A stretch of DNA of 64,000 nucleotides from Auanema rhodensis (lineage: Eukaryota > Animalia > Nematoda), in the NCBI GenBank assembly GCA_964057225.1, contig OZ059894.1, positions 15,624,001-15,688,000 of the forward strand. The letters run 5' to 3'. The notes beneath the pieces are model-generated. The model did not search any database and was not told the origin of the DNA. It was given only the letters and a program-made list of their open reading frames with translations. Made by a program: the position numbers and the translations under genes. Within the stretch, counting starts at the first letter, position 1, and every line of letters starts with the position of its first letter. This document shows, in pieces, positions 1-12,651 of the stretch.

Positions 1-630
1 GCATCGGGTAATAAATGTAGTAAAGGATTGGCATACATGACACACATGAATCAAACAAAAGAACGTGATCCATTGAAGGTCTTTGTGAATGTATATGTTG
101 AAAGTCATACTAGAATTTAAGTTTGCCTCGCTGGAAACTCCAAGCGAATCACCTCTCGTGCGTCGACAGAATAGCCACTCCGAAGCAAGTTCAAAAATTT
201 AAAACATACTTTGACATTGTTACCGCCCTTAAAATTTCTTGAATAAAAGCGTTTCGAACATTATCAGAATGGCAAAGATGGTATGGTGTTTTCCCCTCTT
301 CATTTTGAACACAAGGATTAGCTCCATTAGCCAACAAAGCAGTCACAATATCAACAATATCTAAAAACAACTTCACTGATTTCCGAACAAAAGTGATGAA
401 ACATACCTTGTTCTACAGCTCGGTGCAATAAAGTTCCTTCCTTACAACATGGTGAATCAACGTGATCATGAAAATCGGGTTTTTCTTCTATAATGATAGA
501 CTGATTATACATTAGTAGAATTTTTTATACTCAGTTGAGATAATATTGAACAAAGAACATCAACTCTCCCATTGTCAATACATTTCAGAAGGAGATCCGA
601 AGCTTTCTCCCCTTCAGCTTCAGCACCCAT
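1..630 (-). CDS. Ankyrin-repeat protein, 5' exons (gene probably continues off the left edge)
   Basis: ATG at 630 just after a TTTTAG. Spliced reading gives MGAEAEGEKASDLLLKCIDNGRVDVLCSILSQL/KEKPDFHDHVDSPCCKEGTLLHRAVEQ/DIVDIVTALLANGANPCVQNEEGKTPYHLC, with ankyrin motifs TLLHRAV, ALLANGANP and GKTPYH. Short GT-AG introns. Confidence 0.75.
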
Positions 631-880
631 AATGTTCCTAAAAATAAAATGAAACCAGTAAGCAAGTGAAAGAATGAATTTAATTTTTTTTAATAGAAGA
701 AGCAAGCATATGAATTTATGAATTTATATAATGTTCGAAGCCAACTGTTAAATACCAACAAGTTTAATGAAAGAACGTTGTAAACAGAGTGCGTGTTAGG
801 TGTTTCTTCGTGCTTTTGTAGGAATTAAATGAATTTTTTATAATTTTATTGCAATATTAATTTATATAAATTATTTGAAA

Positions 881-1464
881 ATGAAGGCTGTCATACAACG
901 AGTAAGTAAAGCTTCTGTTAAAGTAGGAGATGAAATTGTGAGTTCGATTCAAGATTTAACTTTATTATTTGTCTTTAATAGGTTGGCTCTATAGGAAAAG
1001 GGTTATGTGTTCTTGTTGGCATTAATAACAAAGACACTGACGATGATATGGAATATATTGTGAGAAAAATATTAAATACTAGATTGTTTGATGGAGATAA
1101 CAAACGGTGGGATAAGTCGGTAAAAGATACGAATTTAGAAGTGCTATCTGTCAGCCAATTCACTCTAGATGGATTTTTGAAAGTAGGTTTGTTTGCTCTG
1201 GAATTTCATATTTGTCAGCTGCTTTTAGGGAAATAAATTAGATTTTCACAATTCCATGGGGCCCGAGGACGCATCTAAGTTTTATTCACGTTTTTTAGAA
1301 CGACTTAAGAAGGATTACAAGCCTGAACTGATTCAGGTTTCATTTCATATATTGTTTAAGATTTGAATTTTTGAGTTCAGGATGGACGATTTGGAGCTAT
1401 GATGAGCGTTGATATATCCAATGATGGACCAGTAACTATTATAATAGATAGTCAAAAAAAATAG
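881..1464 (+). CDS. dtd1: D-aminoacyl-tRNA deacylase (DTD1), 4 exons: 881-937, 982-1182, 1229-1336, 1381-1464, 149 aa
   Basis: Spliced protein MKAVIQRVSKASVKVG...GLCVLVGI...VLSVSQFTL...GRFGAMMSVDISNDGPVT contains the DTD signature motifs SQFTL and NDGPVT. All introns are GT-AG and keep frame. Confidence 0.95.
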
Positions 1465-1983
1465 TTCGAACCCTGAAAATTTTGATTTTTTGATACAAAT
1501 TGTTATTCTGTATTATCAATATAAACAAATAATATTAACATGTTTATGCTACAAAAGGCATACAACAGAAATTATCTGCGGAAGATAACTTAAAGATATA
1601 TTCACAAGACGAATAAAAAATTAATTCATCCATGAGCCAAGACAAGTTGGAAGTCAAGGAACGATTAGATCTTACTTTTTTTTTAATTTCTTCAGTTTTT
1701 GTGTATCATAAAAGTTGCTAAAACACAACTACTATTCGCATGAGGACTTCTCATAAGCGAAAGATCTTAGGGCAATACCCTAAAGGAATAGAGATCACGA
1801 CGGAGATCATAAGATAAGTTACCCCTTCCGATCTAAAACATTATATGTTGATGGATTTCGAGAAAAACGGATTAGGATAGAATAAAAGAAACATGAAGTA
1901 CATGTGGGAATAATAACAAAGAACAGTCTATACGCTATTAAATAGAAGTATATATGCAAATGCAAGCTGATAATGCTCTGCTT

Positions 1984-4413
1984 TTAGAGATTATCTTTGT
2001 CGTTCAGATTGATGGACCATACCGATCCATATCCAGTTGAGAGCAGTGATGCAAATGAGCACCGACGATCGCTCTTATGGCTCAGCAATAGGTGGGGATC
2101 CTGGAATCGAATTTCCTTATCCTCACATATGATATGAATTTAAGAATACCTTAGGTCCTTCAATAGCATAGCTGAATGAGCCACGTCGAGACACAGACTC
2201 CAAGTCTTCGTCAATTTCGAGTTGTGCAATTTGAGTGTAGATTGGTGACACTTCATCCCAAGCCATCTCTTCCAACCACCAGCTGAATAAATTAATATTA
2301 GAACCAGGTATTTATACACAAAACTGACTTTTCTGCAATGGTTCCAGCCATGCGAGTACGGAATAGAGCATCCATACGATCACTCTGCTCGCGACTCATA
2401 TGGTTCTTCCAATCCCTGCTTCCTCCTTTGCGAATGAACTCTGCTTTGTACCTGAAATGATTTACTAAGTAAAAACTTATTACAAGTGAAAGAGATGAAA
2501 CATCGAATGCGACCGGCCAACAAAGAGAGACTATGAAAAATGAGAAGGCACGTTTTGACGCAAAAGGAAACATTATTTGAATTTCTTTTTCTTTTCCATT
2601 CCATTCTAATGTTGTGTTAACAAGAAGATAACTATTCTAAGCTTATTATCCCAATATTTCCCCTCTCTTTATGTGTCTATTAATTGCAGTCTTAGCCCAT
2701 CCCGCATCTTGCTTGTCTTCTGCAACCTTTTTCTCGGCCAACGCGTAATACCAGTAGATGACGATATGGTGCTAAGAATTGACGACGCCCTTTTTGATTG
2801 ATACGTCGACTAGGTAGATCTGATTTCTCGTTTTCATCGGCTTATATTCAACTTTTTAAAAGAAGGGTGTGGCAAAACTAGGTACTATGCCCACCCAAGG
2901 GGGGGGGACACTATGTCTAAGAACGGCCCGATTCCGAGAGAGTGGAGTGGTTTGGGATGAAGCAGACGAATATGATAATAGAAACAACCTAGTGATTATG
3001 GCAGAAGAAGAGCGAAATAGAAAGTCAACAGAAGACAGTAGTTTGTGAGTGATAGGGAAACGGAGAAAGACAAAAAGGAAATGGGTGAAGTATTTCACCT
3101 CAAGTTGTTGCTAATCTCATCATATATGTTTTATGGTCTGTTTAAACGACATGATAAAAGAAAATTAGCGAAAACTGTCTTTCAGCGCATCTGTTTGTTC
3201 TTTTTTAAACTTCTGTCTTATGCTAGTTCCGTTCATATCGATGGGTTACATACAGTACACACATGCTTAGATAAGGCTTGAAACTCACAATTGCTTGTTT
3301 GGGAACCATCTTCTCTGATCCTGCTTCATAGCATCAATGCTGCTATTCTTAATAACTGTAGCTAATCTTGCTGGGTTCTTGACCAATTCATGTGCTGAGC
3401 CACCAAGAAATTCACCAATCTGCAACACTTGAAATAAATGAACTTCCATAAAACTGAAAAATAACTACCTTTGTGATTATTTCTGGCATGTGTTCAACAA
3501 GATCTTCATATTTCAAGAACAATACATTATCGTCATTGATATGTGGTAGCCAAGTAAGCAAATGATCGAAATAGTCTCCGAAAGCCAATTGACCTAAAGA
3601 ATTTTATATTTTTTACCATACGTTATGATTATTTCATTGAATTATTTGCTATTCTCGAATTTACCTGATGAGAAAAGATCAAAGAAGGTATCGAAATCTC
3701 CTTCTGCAAAATTATAGATCTTGAAGTTGCGATTATGATGATAATAGCTGAAAGATAAAAATTGAAGAGATCAAAAAGAGTAGTTAAAGATATTTTCCAA
3801 TGAAAGGAGATCATTTTTTGATTCAAATTTAGTTTATCTTACCTGGTAAGGCAATCTTTTGGATTTCGAACACAATAAATATATTTAGCATTTGAGCTGA
3901 ATGGAACATTCATGTGGCTAAAATGTGTCTTCAAAATTCTTGGATGTTCCAAAGCTTGTACGAATTGAGCTCCCATTCGCTCAATCATTGGACTTTGTAC
4001 ACATAGCTCTATAACCATTTAATTATTTTATTTGTACATTTCAATTAGAAAAAAAAGTATAGATTTAAAGTAGGATTGTTATAATTAGAAAAAAAAATTC
4101 TTATATGATTAATTCTCTGGCCTTTCTTCAAATTAGGGGCTATATGAACATGTTTAAAGATAATGGCTGTTATAACCATTTTCATCTTAAGTTTTGATAT
4201 CGTCTTTTGCTCATCCTACTCCATTATTATCTTTAGGCATGTGACAATCAGCTGCAACTTTTCAAAATGGCAACTTATTCTAGTGTCTATTATTGTGCTT
4301 TGATCGCTGATAATGAGTCCCCTGGTTACCGTATCCCTTGTTCAGTGGTGGGATGAGGGGGGGGGGGGGTTAGGTTGTCTGGCTTATATGAATGTATGTG
4401 AAAGAGAGAGAAG

Positions 4414-4490
<77 letters not shown>

Positions 4491-4507
4491 TGAGAGAGAG
4501 AGTGAGA

Positions 4508-4543
<36 letters not shown>

Positions 4544-6824
4544 TTGGAAGAAAGAAGAAAAGAAAAAAAAGATGGGTTAGATTAAATTTCATGTTAAAAT
4601 CAAGATCAGGAGGGCAGAAACCGAAAAGAAAATCCAAAAAAAAACTAGCTATTATGCTGTTGTTGATTTGATATAGAAAAATCACAAGACAGGTATACTT
4701 ACCATTGCCTTCAGGAGCTTGGTAGTGTTCTCCGCGAATCAGCTGATGACAAATATGCTGAAGAAGTGTTGTTCCACATTTCGGATAAGTTGCAATGAAC
4801 AAATCAGAATCTTCAACCTTTAGTAGTTTGGCACTTCTGAAAGTCAAAGGATTAAAATAGTAAAGTTTGAAGATTCAATTTTTTTCATTTAAAAAGAAAA
4901 TTTTTTAGTTTTATTTTAAACAACCGTGTCTCACTTTTCTCTTTGAAACTAGCTTGAATTAGCTTGTAGACATAGAATTAAAAAAGATATTATTCTCGAC
5001 GAAATATACTTTATACGAGTAGGCGATCAAGTACATTGAGAATATAAAAATAGATACAATGTAATTTCAACTTTTACCGTTTTTTTTGATTTTCAGAACT
5101 CCCCAAATAGTGAGTTATTACAGACTATAGAAACATTACATCTGTCTGATGCTCTATGTTTTACTTCCCAGAACTTTTTTTTTTATCAAAAAATGATAAA
5201 ATATTGATATAATAGTTAGTGAAAGGAAGTAATTCAAGACTATAGGAAGTTGTATTTCAACCTGTTTTTACCATCAAGATGTTATCAGGTTTTTTCAATC
5301 TTTTTTTATTCTTTATAAGAGATTTATATATGAATATATATGACTGATATATATGTACATATATTACTTCTGATGAGCTTCTTGATTATAATGATGACGA
5401 TGACTTCTTGTTCAAATTTTGACAATCATCTTCTTTCTAATATCACTTTTTCCTATTTCATTCAAACGAAATTGCAATATTAGAGAAGCGCGAAAAGTAC
5501 AAAAGTAAGAAAAATAACTTTTTTAAACAAAAACTTTTCAAGTTTATGGCTGTGAAGTCATGCTTCCTTTTTTTTGATTGAACGCTTACAGAAGCATTGC
5601 AACATCGTTGTCTAAGGAGAAGGTTGACCATGAGAGAACAGAAATGACAATCATCTATGGATTTTTGTTTCTATGTCTGTCTTTCAAGTAGAACTCCTGT
5701 GTTTGATGATTACTGTCTCAAAATTTATTGGTTTTTCAATTATTTCCGAGAACAAGCATGATGTAACATCTCCAAACATCACGATCTCTTCCCCAAAAAA
5801 GGGTGCGGCTTTTGCCATAGAACGAAATGAAAAGATGATGAAGTAATTGAACGGAAAGCGGCACCCAGAAGAAGAATGAGATATCGAAGTTGCCACTAGA
5901 GACAGAATCGACCACACATGTCGTTTTGGGGTGGATTGTGATTTTAATCGTTACAAACTTGCATACAAGCTAGATTAACAGGTTTCCGAGGAAAGTTATA
6001 AGGAATGATATCACAATTCCCAGAAACGTTTAGGATTTTCTTGTCTTGCGAAAGTCTCTAAGCCGCAGAAAGAAGCAATTTGTCATGACCTAGTGATCTG
6101 ATTCTTTCAATTACCGTATCTGTCTATATTCGATTAAGCGAGCTTCAGAGGAGCGAAAATGAGAAAAAGAGTAAACTGGATGAAGCTTCATCAGCTTTAG
6201 TATAAGAATATATTTTTTTTGAAAAATGAATTAGAGTACATACCTGACGTTCCTTGGTTTGAAGATAGGTGGCCAGATTTCGCCATCGATAACAGCTTGT
6301 TTAGGATGTCCAAGAGGTTGATAGATAACCGAACGTTTTGGGCCTAAAAATACCAAATTCAGGTATATGATGATAAAGTATTTGGAAATATGTAATGATA
6401 AATTTCAACAGATAGATAAGTTCCAAAATAGAATTTAATGATTCTTATAAGTCTCTGTTTTATATTTAATATTTTCAATAGCTCCTTATTAAAGTTTAAG
6501 ACATATTATCAGTTGCTATAGAAAATTGATAGTGAGACGACTGGCACTATTGATATGTCATGTCACAGTTCGTCATATTGTTTTTAAAACTTTTCACGTC
6601 GTATATGGTTGCAAAAAAAAACAAAAAAACTATGAGAAAACTGAGAACTGTCTGGTGCTAGTGTTAGGTTGTAACGAACCCTGTCTGAAGCAGAATGTAT
6701 TGTTGTTAAGCTCAAATGGTGATCCAGGTGTTAAAGGAGTTTTAGGTGTACGTGGTGGAGTTCGATCACAGCTGGGTAGCTCAGCTTCATCGAGTCGTAG
6801 ATGGGCCAAAAACAAATTTGCCAT
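1984..6824 (-). CDS. ssu-1: Cytosolic sulfotransferase, SSU-1 orthologue (multi-exon)
   Basis: Exons encode [42 protein letters not shown], the PAPS-binding loop [49 protein letters not shown] and a tail [12 protein letters not shown]. All match the C. elegans SSU-1 organisation as I recall it. Confidence 0.9.
4403..4542. repeat. (GA)n microsatellite in an ssu-1 intron
   Basis: About 140 bp of near-perfect GA dinucleotide. Confidence 0.95.
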
Positions 6825-6966
6825 GGCTTTTGTAGGATTGAAAGGTGAAGTGAGCAGCTAGAGCTTTTTCAAGAACGTTTGTGAGCACCGAGCAAAATAT
6901 CTCGTGGTAGTTGTGGCCTGAGTTTAACTCAAAGGCTGAAAGTATTTTCATGAGATCGCTCTACGC

Positions 6967-6974
6967 CTTATATA
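6967..6974 (-). promoter_or_regulatory. Candidate TATA box upstream of ssu-1
   Basis: TATATAAG on the minus strand in a GC-rich context, about 145 bp upstream of the ATG. Confidence 0.4.
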
Positions 6975-7550
6975 GGCCTTCTCGTTGGACCCATCTTGAC
7001 GCCCCTTGGCGCGACTCCGCCTACCTCTCATGGCTTCATCTTCTGTACCTGGCTATGGCTCTCTAAACTTATCATGATATCTTGTGTAGATAGTTAACAT
7101 GTGAAGAGAAAGAGAGACTGAAACAAAAAATTGAATAAGAGAGAGAGAGAGAGAGGTGAGGAAGAATAGAGATAAAAGAAGAGGTAATGGGAAAAAGGGG
7201 GAGGGGGGGGGAGAGAAGATGCAGAGCTTAACTTTTTGTGTCTGAAAAGATAAAATTAACGATAAAGGGGATATGAAAAATGATATCCATGAAATATTCA
7301 TATCTGTAATAATCAATGCCATGTACAATACGAAAATGTTTCGAAGATGCCACGTTAGAATTCAAAAAGATGGAGGCAGATAGAGAAAGTGGGCGATATA
7401 GTATGTAAAAAATGGAAAATTTGAGAGAAAATTTGAGATACGGTAGAAAAATAAATAGTTATCTTTATCTCAAATTATTAAGTTGTTTTAAAAGAAAATG
7501 TATTATAAACTATATATTAACTTATAATGATCACGCGGCCTAATCGTGTT

Positions 7551-7636
7551 GAAAGGGGGGGGGGGGGGGGAGATACATAACATGAATGATGTTACTCATC
7601 TGTTTTTTTTTCTCCCCCCCCCCCCCCCCCCCCTTC
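7551..7636. repeat. G16 and C20 homopolymer tracts in inverted arrangement
   Basis: GAAA-G16-AGA (G run 7555-7570), 40-nt gap, then TCT-C20-TTC (C run 7614-7633). Confidence 0.85.
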
Positions 7637-9743
7637 ATGTAACATCTATATCTGAAGCTTATGATTAATATTTCTATTATGAAGCTTTTATTCCGAATCT
7701 TCTTCATATGTCATATGATTACTATAAATGCGATTATATAACTCTGTGTTATCGTCGTTTATATTTTTATATCATTCTTTCTCCTTTCTTCTTTTTCTTC
7801 ATCTTTCAACACAATTACATATTTCTATTGCAATTTTCTTTAAAAAAAACTGAGGCAACTGAGATAAAGTATATGAGAGTCATAAGATTCTCAATTAACA
7901 AGCTATCTATTACACCCACGAGCTTTAAATTGAGAAAATTTCTGATAATTGCGGCTTCAGAAAGGGGAAGATGATCCTAATCCTTTGTGAACTCTATGTC
8001 GTGGAAACTGATTTTTCATGTCGCTCACCTCTTCAACACCTTTCACCTCTTCACCGTTTCTTTCTCTTATATTTTGTCTGTGTCTATCAAAATATCTTGT
8101 TCTCTCTCTTTCTCTCTCTCGATTTCTCTCTCTATCTAAGTATCGCTTTGAACTTATTGACTACATCGAATATCCCCCCCCCCCCCCTGTACAAAGTATA
8201 TGCAAGAAGGACGAAGCGGTAATGACGTCCTACCATGCGACTTGATTTTATTGAATTTTATATAAGGAATGTTCCAGAATTATCTATCAATAAATTTTGA
8301 TTTTGTTTGAAGTAAATTGATTATTTTTAAAGAAAAAAAGGTTAACTTTAACTGCAGTTCTAGCTTCACGTTTTGACAACTGAAAACTCTTCTGTGAAAC
8401 GACGAATTTGAGCTCCAAAGGTGTGGCCAATGTCCAAAGAATCAGAATCTTCCTACAGATCGACACATTCATTTTTTTCTGAAATTTCATACATTCAGAC
8501 AACAATACATTTTCCAAAAGGCAGACAGAAAGGTTGACAGAAACAAAAGTTCAATAAGGAGAACTGTAGCAGAAAATTCGTGTCTTTATGTAGCACCCCA
8601 CCCACACCCATATATGTGTGAATTTCCTTTTTTTCTCATTTTTCTAGTTTAATATCAAATATGACTGTCATTGTCTGATGCTAAGAACACCTTTTCTCAT
8701 ATCCTTTACTATCTTAAATTAAACATTTTTGTGCTATTAGCTCTGTGATGAAGAAAAAAAAGAAACAAAGAGAAAATAAACCTTGAAAAGAACACAAAAT
8801 TCAAATATTTATATGTACATTCTGGTTGTGTTTGTTTCAAAACCTGATATCTGAAGCTCTTTCGCCGGTCTGTAATACCGTAATATTCACGCGGAATCAT
8901 GAACTTGACCTGAACCATTGAGCATTCAGGATACCGTAACCATAATACATAGTAACATTTTCCAATGAAAATACATGTCATATTAGACGAATACTTTTCT
9001 TTTTTCTTTTTTTTTTCGAAATCAACAATATTTATGAAATGTATTATGTGTTACTTTGGGTTTGAGTTGTTTTTTATTTCGGTTTTTTTTCTGTTTTAGA
9101 CAAACCGTTTTTACTGTTGCTATGTTTCAAAATTAAATATGTCTGTGTATCTTCTTCATTGTCTTTTTCGTTTCGAAAATTTTGATACGATAACATGTTA
9201 TCTGTAATTATAATATATATTTGGTATAATATTATAATCATATTTGGATATATCTATTTAGATTTTGTCACAAGTTTTAAAAGTAAAAAAAAAAGAATAG
9301 CAGCACATATGATTTTTTCTAGAAAGAAGTTGTCATTTTATTCAAAATGAGGAAATTATTTTGTTATAACTATTACATACATAAAAATATATATTTATTT
9401 TGTTGCAAAAATAAGTTATTTTTCTCAGAAATTTGAAACAAAATAATTTTATTGGAAAAAAACAAATATCACAGTTAACCCTGAAATCAAGGTTGATAAA
9501 ATAGCTAAATAAAAGATAAATAATACAAAAAATAAAAAAAAAATGTTTTTGAAAACCGGGACTGAGGAAGTTGGAAATGAAGCTGAATTGGAATGAGGAT
9601 CATAATTTCTATACAATGTCATGTTGTACTGTATAACTCAATTTATAATATAAATATCTGATATATTATAAATATTATTATAATATATAAATTATATTTT
9701 TCTTTTATTTCTATTAATATTCTCATAAATGAAGAAATTCTTT

Positions 9744-11625
9744 TCATGACGCAGATGATAAGTCTGTTTGCGAAGTAGGAGGATCAGGAAGTTGACGATA
9801 CAAGTCTGCACGTAAAGGATATTGGTTGATTCCTCTGATACCTGAAACAACTATTTATTTGAAGTATTTTGTAAAGTTAACTATTATTTAAAAATAAAGA
9901 ACATTTTTTATTTCTTACCATTTATATTCGTAGCATTATACTTGTCATACTTTGAATTATCAGGGTCCATGAAATTGATTCGATGTGATACTGAAAACAT
10001 ATGTAAATATAGTATATAGTATAGAAATAGGAAATATTATAATAAAAATTGAATATTAATATATGTATATAAATATATATCTAGTACATTGATAACTTTT
10101 ATCTAGCTGAGATATATGTCAAAAAATAAAGTTTATGGTAAGAGCATGTGTAGAACTTTTTAGACATAGATCATCAATATTATCTAATTATAGTTTCTAT
10201 ATACTGCAGAAAGATAAAAAGATGTTGTAATTATCAGAGAAGTTGAAAGAGAAGAAATTGTTAAGTTTTTTCTTTCTTTTTTCTTTATTTTAACTTATCA
10301 TTTTATCCTCAAAAACTACATTGCAACGAGCTACGTCAAGATAATTGCATATATAGTAGGCGAATGTCGTTGACGTTGCTTGCTCGTTGCAAGGCAATTT
10401 CAGCATTTTCGCATATTTTTCAAAACGAAAAAAAAGTTTAAAGCTAACAGGTTTCAAAAAAAACAATAATTCCACCTTGTCTGGGGTTGTCATAATAGTT
10501 TCCTTTTACCTGTATCTCTTATTCTATCTCTCATTCTATCTCTCTTTTTCACACTTCATATATGTTTTTAGCAAATTGCCAAATTGAATGAATTTGGACA
10601 ACAAAACTGTTTTTTTAATCTTATTTCGCCTTTGAAAAGTATTAATCTAAACAAACCATTCGAATTATGAATAATTGGTTGTCGACGATAAGGATCGAGA
10701 TTCGATGCGGAATTCTGACGTGCTCCCATACCATCTTCCTTCTTCGGAATACAACATAATTTTCTAAAAGTTTTTTTTAAAATTTATAAATGAATGAAAG
10801 TATTATTATCAGATCATATATTTGTCATCAAAAAAAAATTATAAAAAGGGTATGTATGTAAGTCATGTATATATGACGTCATTAACATAATTGGTAATAA
10901 CAAACAGGTTACTATTAACTGTCTATTTTCATTTTTCAAGATGTGATCATATTAGTAGCTGTTTCACTTTCTCTTGTCGTTTTTGTTTGAACAACTTTTT
11001 ATTAAAATCATTTTAATAATTTTTAAAATTAAAATTTACCTTATGAACCATGACGGTGATTCCTCGTATGTGCTGGTTAGAATTGGGTCATCTCGCTGTC
11101 TGATAACACGTCTGAAAGAAAAGAAGAAAAAGACAAAAATTATCTATTAATATTAATAAAATACTAATAAAACATACTGTTTATTTTTAAATATACAGAA
11201 TATTATTAATATAACAAATGCTATGACAAGTAGTGTTAGAATACCTATTGCTGTATAAATAATCCAACTATTGGCATCTGAAATACTTCTTTATCTCATT
11301 ATGAATTAACAAAAATAGAATAAACCTATAAATCTCATGACTTTGTCTAAGTTTACAACTTGAGGCTTTTCTGTTGTAAGCAAATCATCTAATGAGCTGT
11401 TTGATGTGTTCTCAAATGGAAACCTTGAAGGTTTTAAGAAATCTCCTTCAATTCCACTTCCTTCTATTGAAGTTAATAGTTCTGAATTGAAAATATGTTA
11501 AAAGAGCTTAATGATGGAATAGAATTCATACCATCATTGTGTTGTTGAATTGATCCACTTGATCTAAGAAGAGGATCAAATTGTTCTGATTGAAGATCTT
11601 CTATCAATGAATCATTTGAATTCAT
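9744..11625 (-). CDS. Uncharacterised single-pass membrane protein, at least 7 exons (5' end uncertain)
   Basis: In-frame GT-AG exon chain: MNSNDSLIEDLQSEQF.../ELLTSIEGSGIEGDF.../DANSWIIYTAIGILTLLVIAFVILIIFCIFKNKQ (TM plus basic stop-transfer)/RVIRQRDDP.../KLCCIPKK.../...YRQLPDPPTSQTDLSSAS*. Confidence 0.75.
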
Positions 11626-12603
11626 CTAAAATTTGAAAAATATAGTTGATATCTTTCAAATATATAAGTTATAAGATATAAAAATGAATAATTATAATAA
11701 AAAAATAATTAAATTCCTTTTTGACTTCGGATGAATTATAGTAAATTACATGAACATAAGAGAAAATGAAATTAAACAATGACTTCAATGTAACTATCTA
11801 TCTATCTCGTGATAGTTATATTCATATATTTATATATAAATATATGAAAACTAACTATCAAAATCAGAATAATATTACAGAAAAAAGCTTTGAAAAGTAT
11901 ATAAATGGTTCATTCGAGCAAAATAAATGATTCAAATAAATAAAATTAAATCAAGAGTTTTATAAAGAACACCTGAATTCTACAGCTGTTGGTAAATAGT
12001 TTAACGAAAGATTTGAAATACACAATCTGCTAATGAAGTCTATTATATATAGAAGAATGCGTTTTTTCTTTGTTAAAATGAAAAGTTGGTTAGATGAACA
12101 ACTGAGATATTCGAATATCGAAAAGAGAATAATGAGCTTCGTGGATGAAAGTTTTGAAAAGATTTTGGAAATTTAAGATGATATTCTATATGTTCACCTG
12201 ACAAAGCTTCTCTATTACCATTCTGCTATGTTTTTAAAAGAAAAAAAAGTTTAAGTTAAGCAAAAAGATCTTTAGAATGAATTAGTTTAAGAATAGGATT
12301 GAAGGAAAAAGTTTAGAAAGTTGAAAGGTTCAATGTTATCACAACCGTTGTTTGCTTTCATTTCAATCATAAATGAAACTAGTAATCATTTCAATATCAC
12401 ACGTGTAATCTCACGTGAAATGGATAAGATAATTAGAATTTTTGATTGTCATATTCTCTACAATATTTGGATGAATAAAACTAATAGTTAGAAATTCATA
12501 CGAAAATAATATTAAGTTAGATATATAGTTGAAAATAGCATTATGACTTTAAAGTAGTATTTTATAACTTTTACTGCCAATTTAGATTAATATATACATG
12601 TAA

Positions 12604-12606
<3 letters not shown>

Positions 12607-12648
<42 letters not shown>
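12607..12648. repeat. (TA)n microsatellite
   Basis: Run of TA dinucleotides. Similar shorter runs occur near 23912, 24375, 27288 and 30341. Confidence 0.9.

Positions 12649-12651
<3 letters not shown>

Noticed and set aside
4313-4585. ER-repeat ORF and the SL-repeat extension on the opposite strand
   Set aside because: Translation of the (GA)n microsatellite inside an ssu-1 intron.
6513-6526. X-box-like GTTGCTATAGAAAA in ssu-1 intron 1
   Set aside because: The final base breaks the AAC half-site and the position is intronic, so it is too weak to call.
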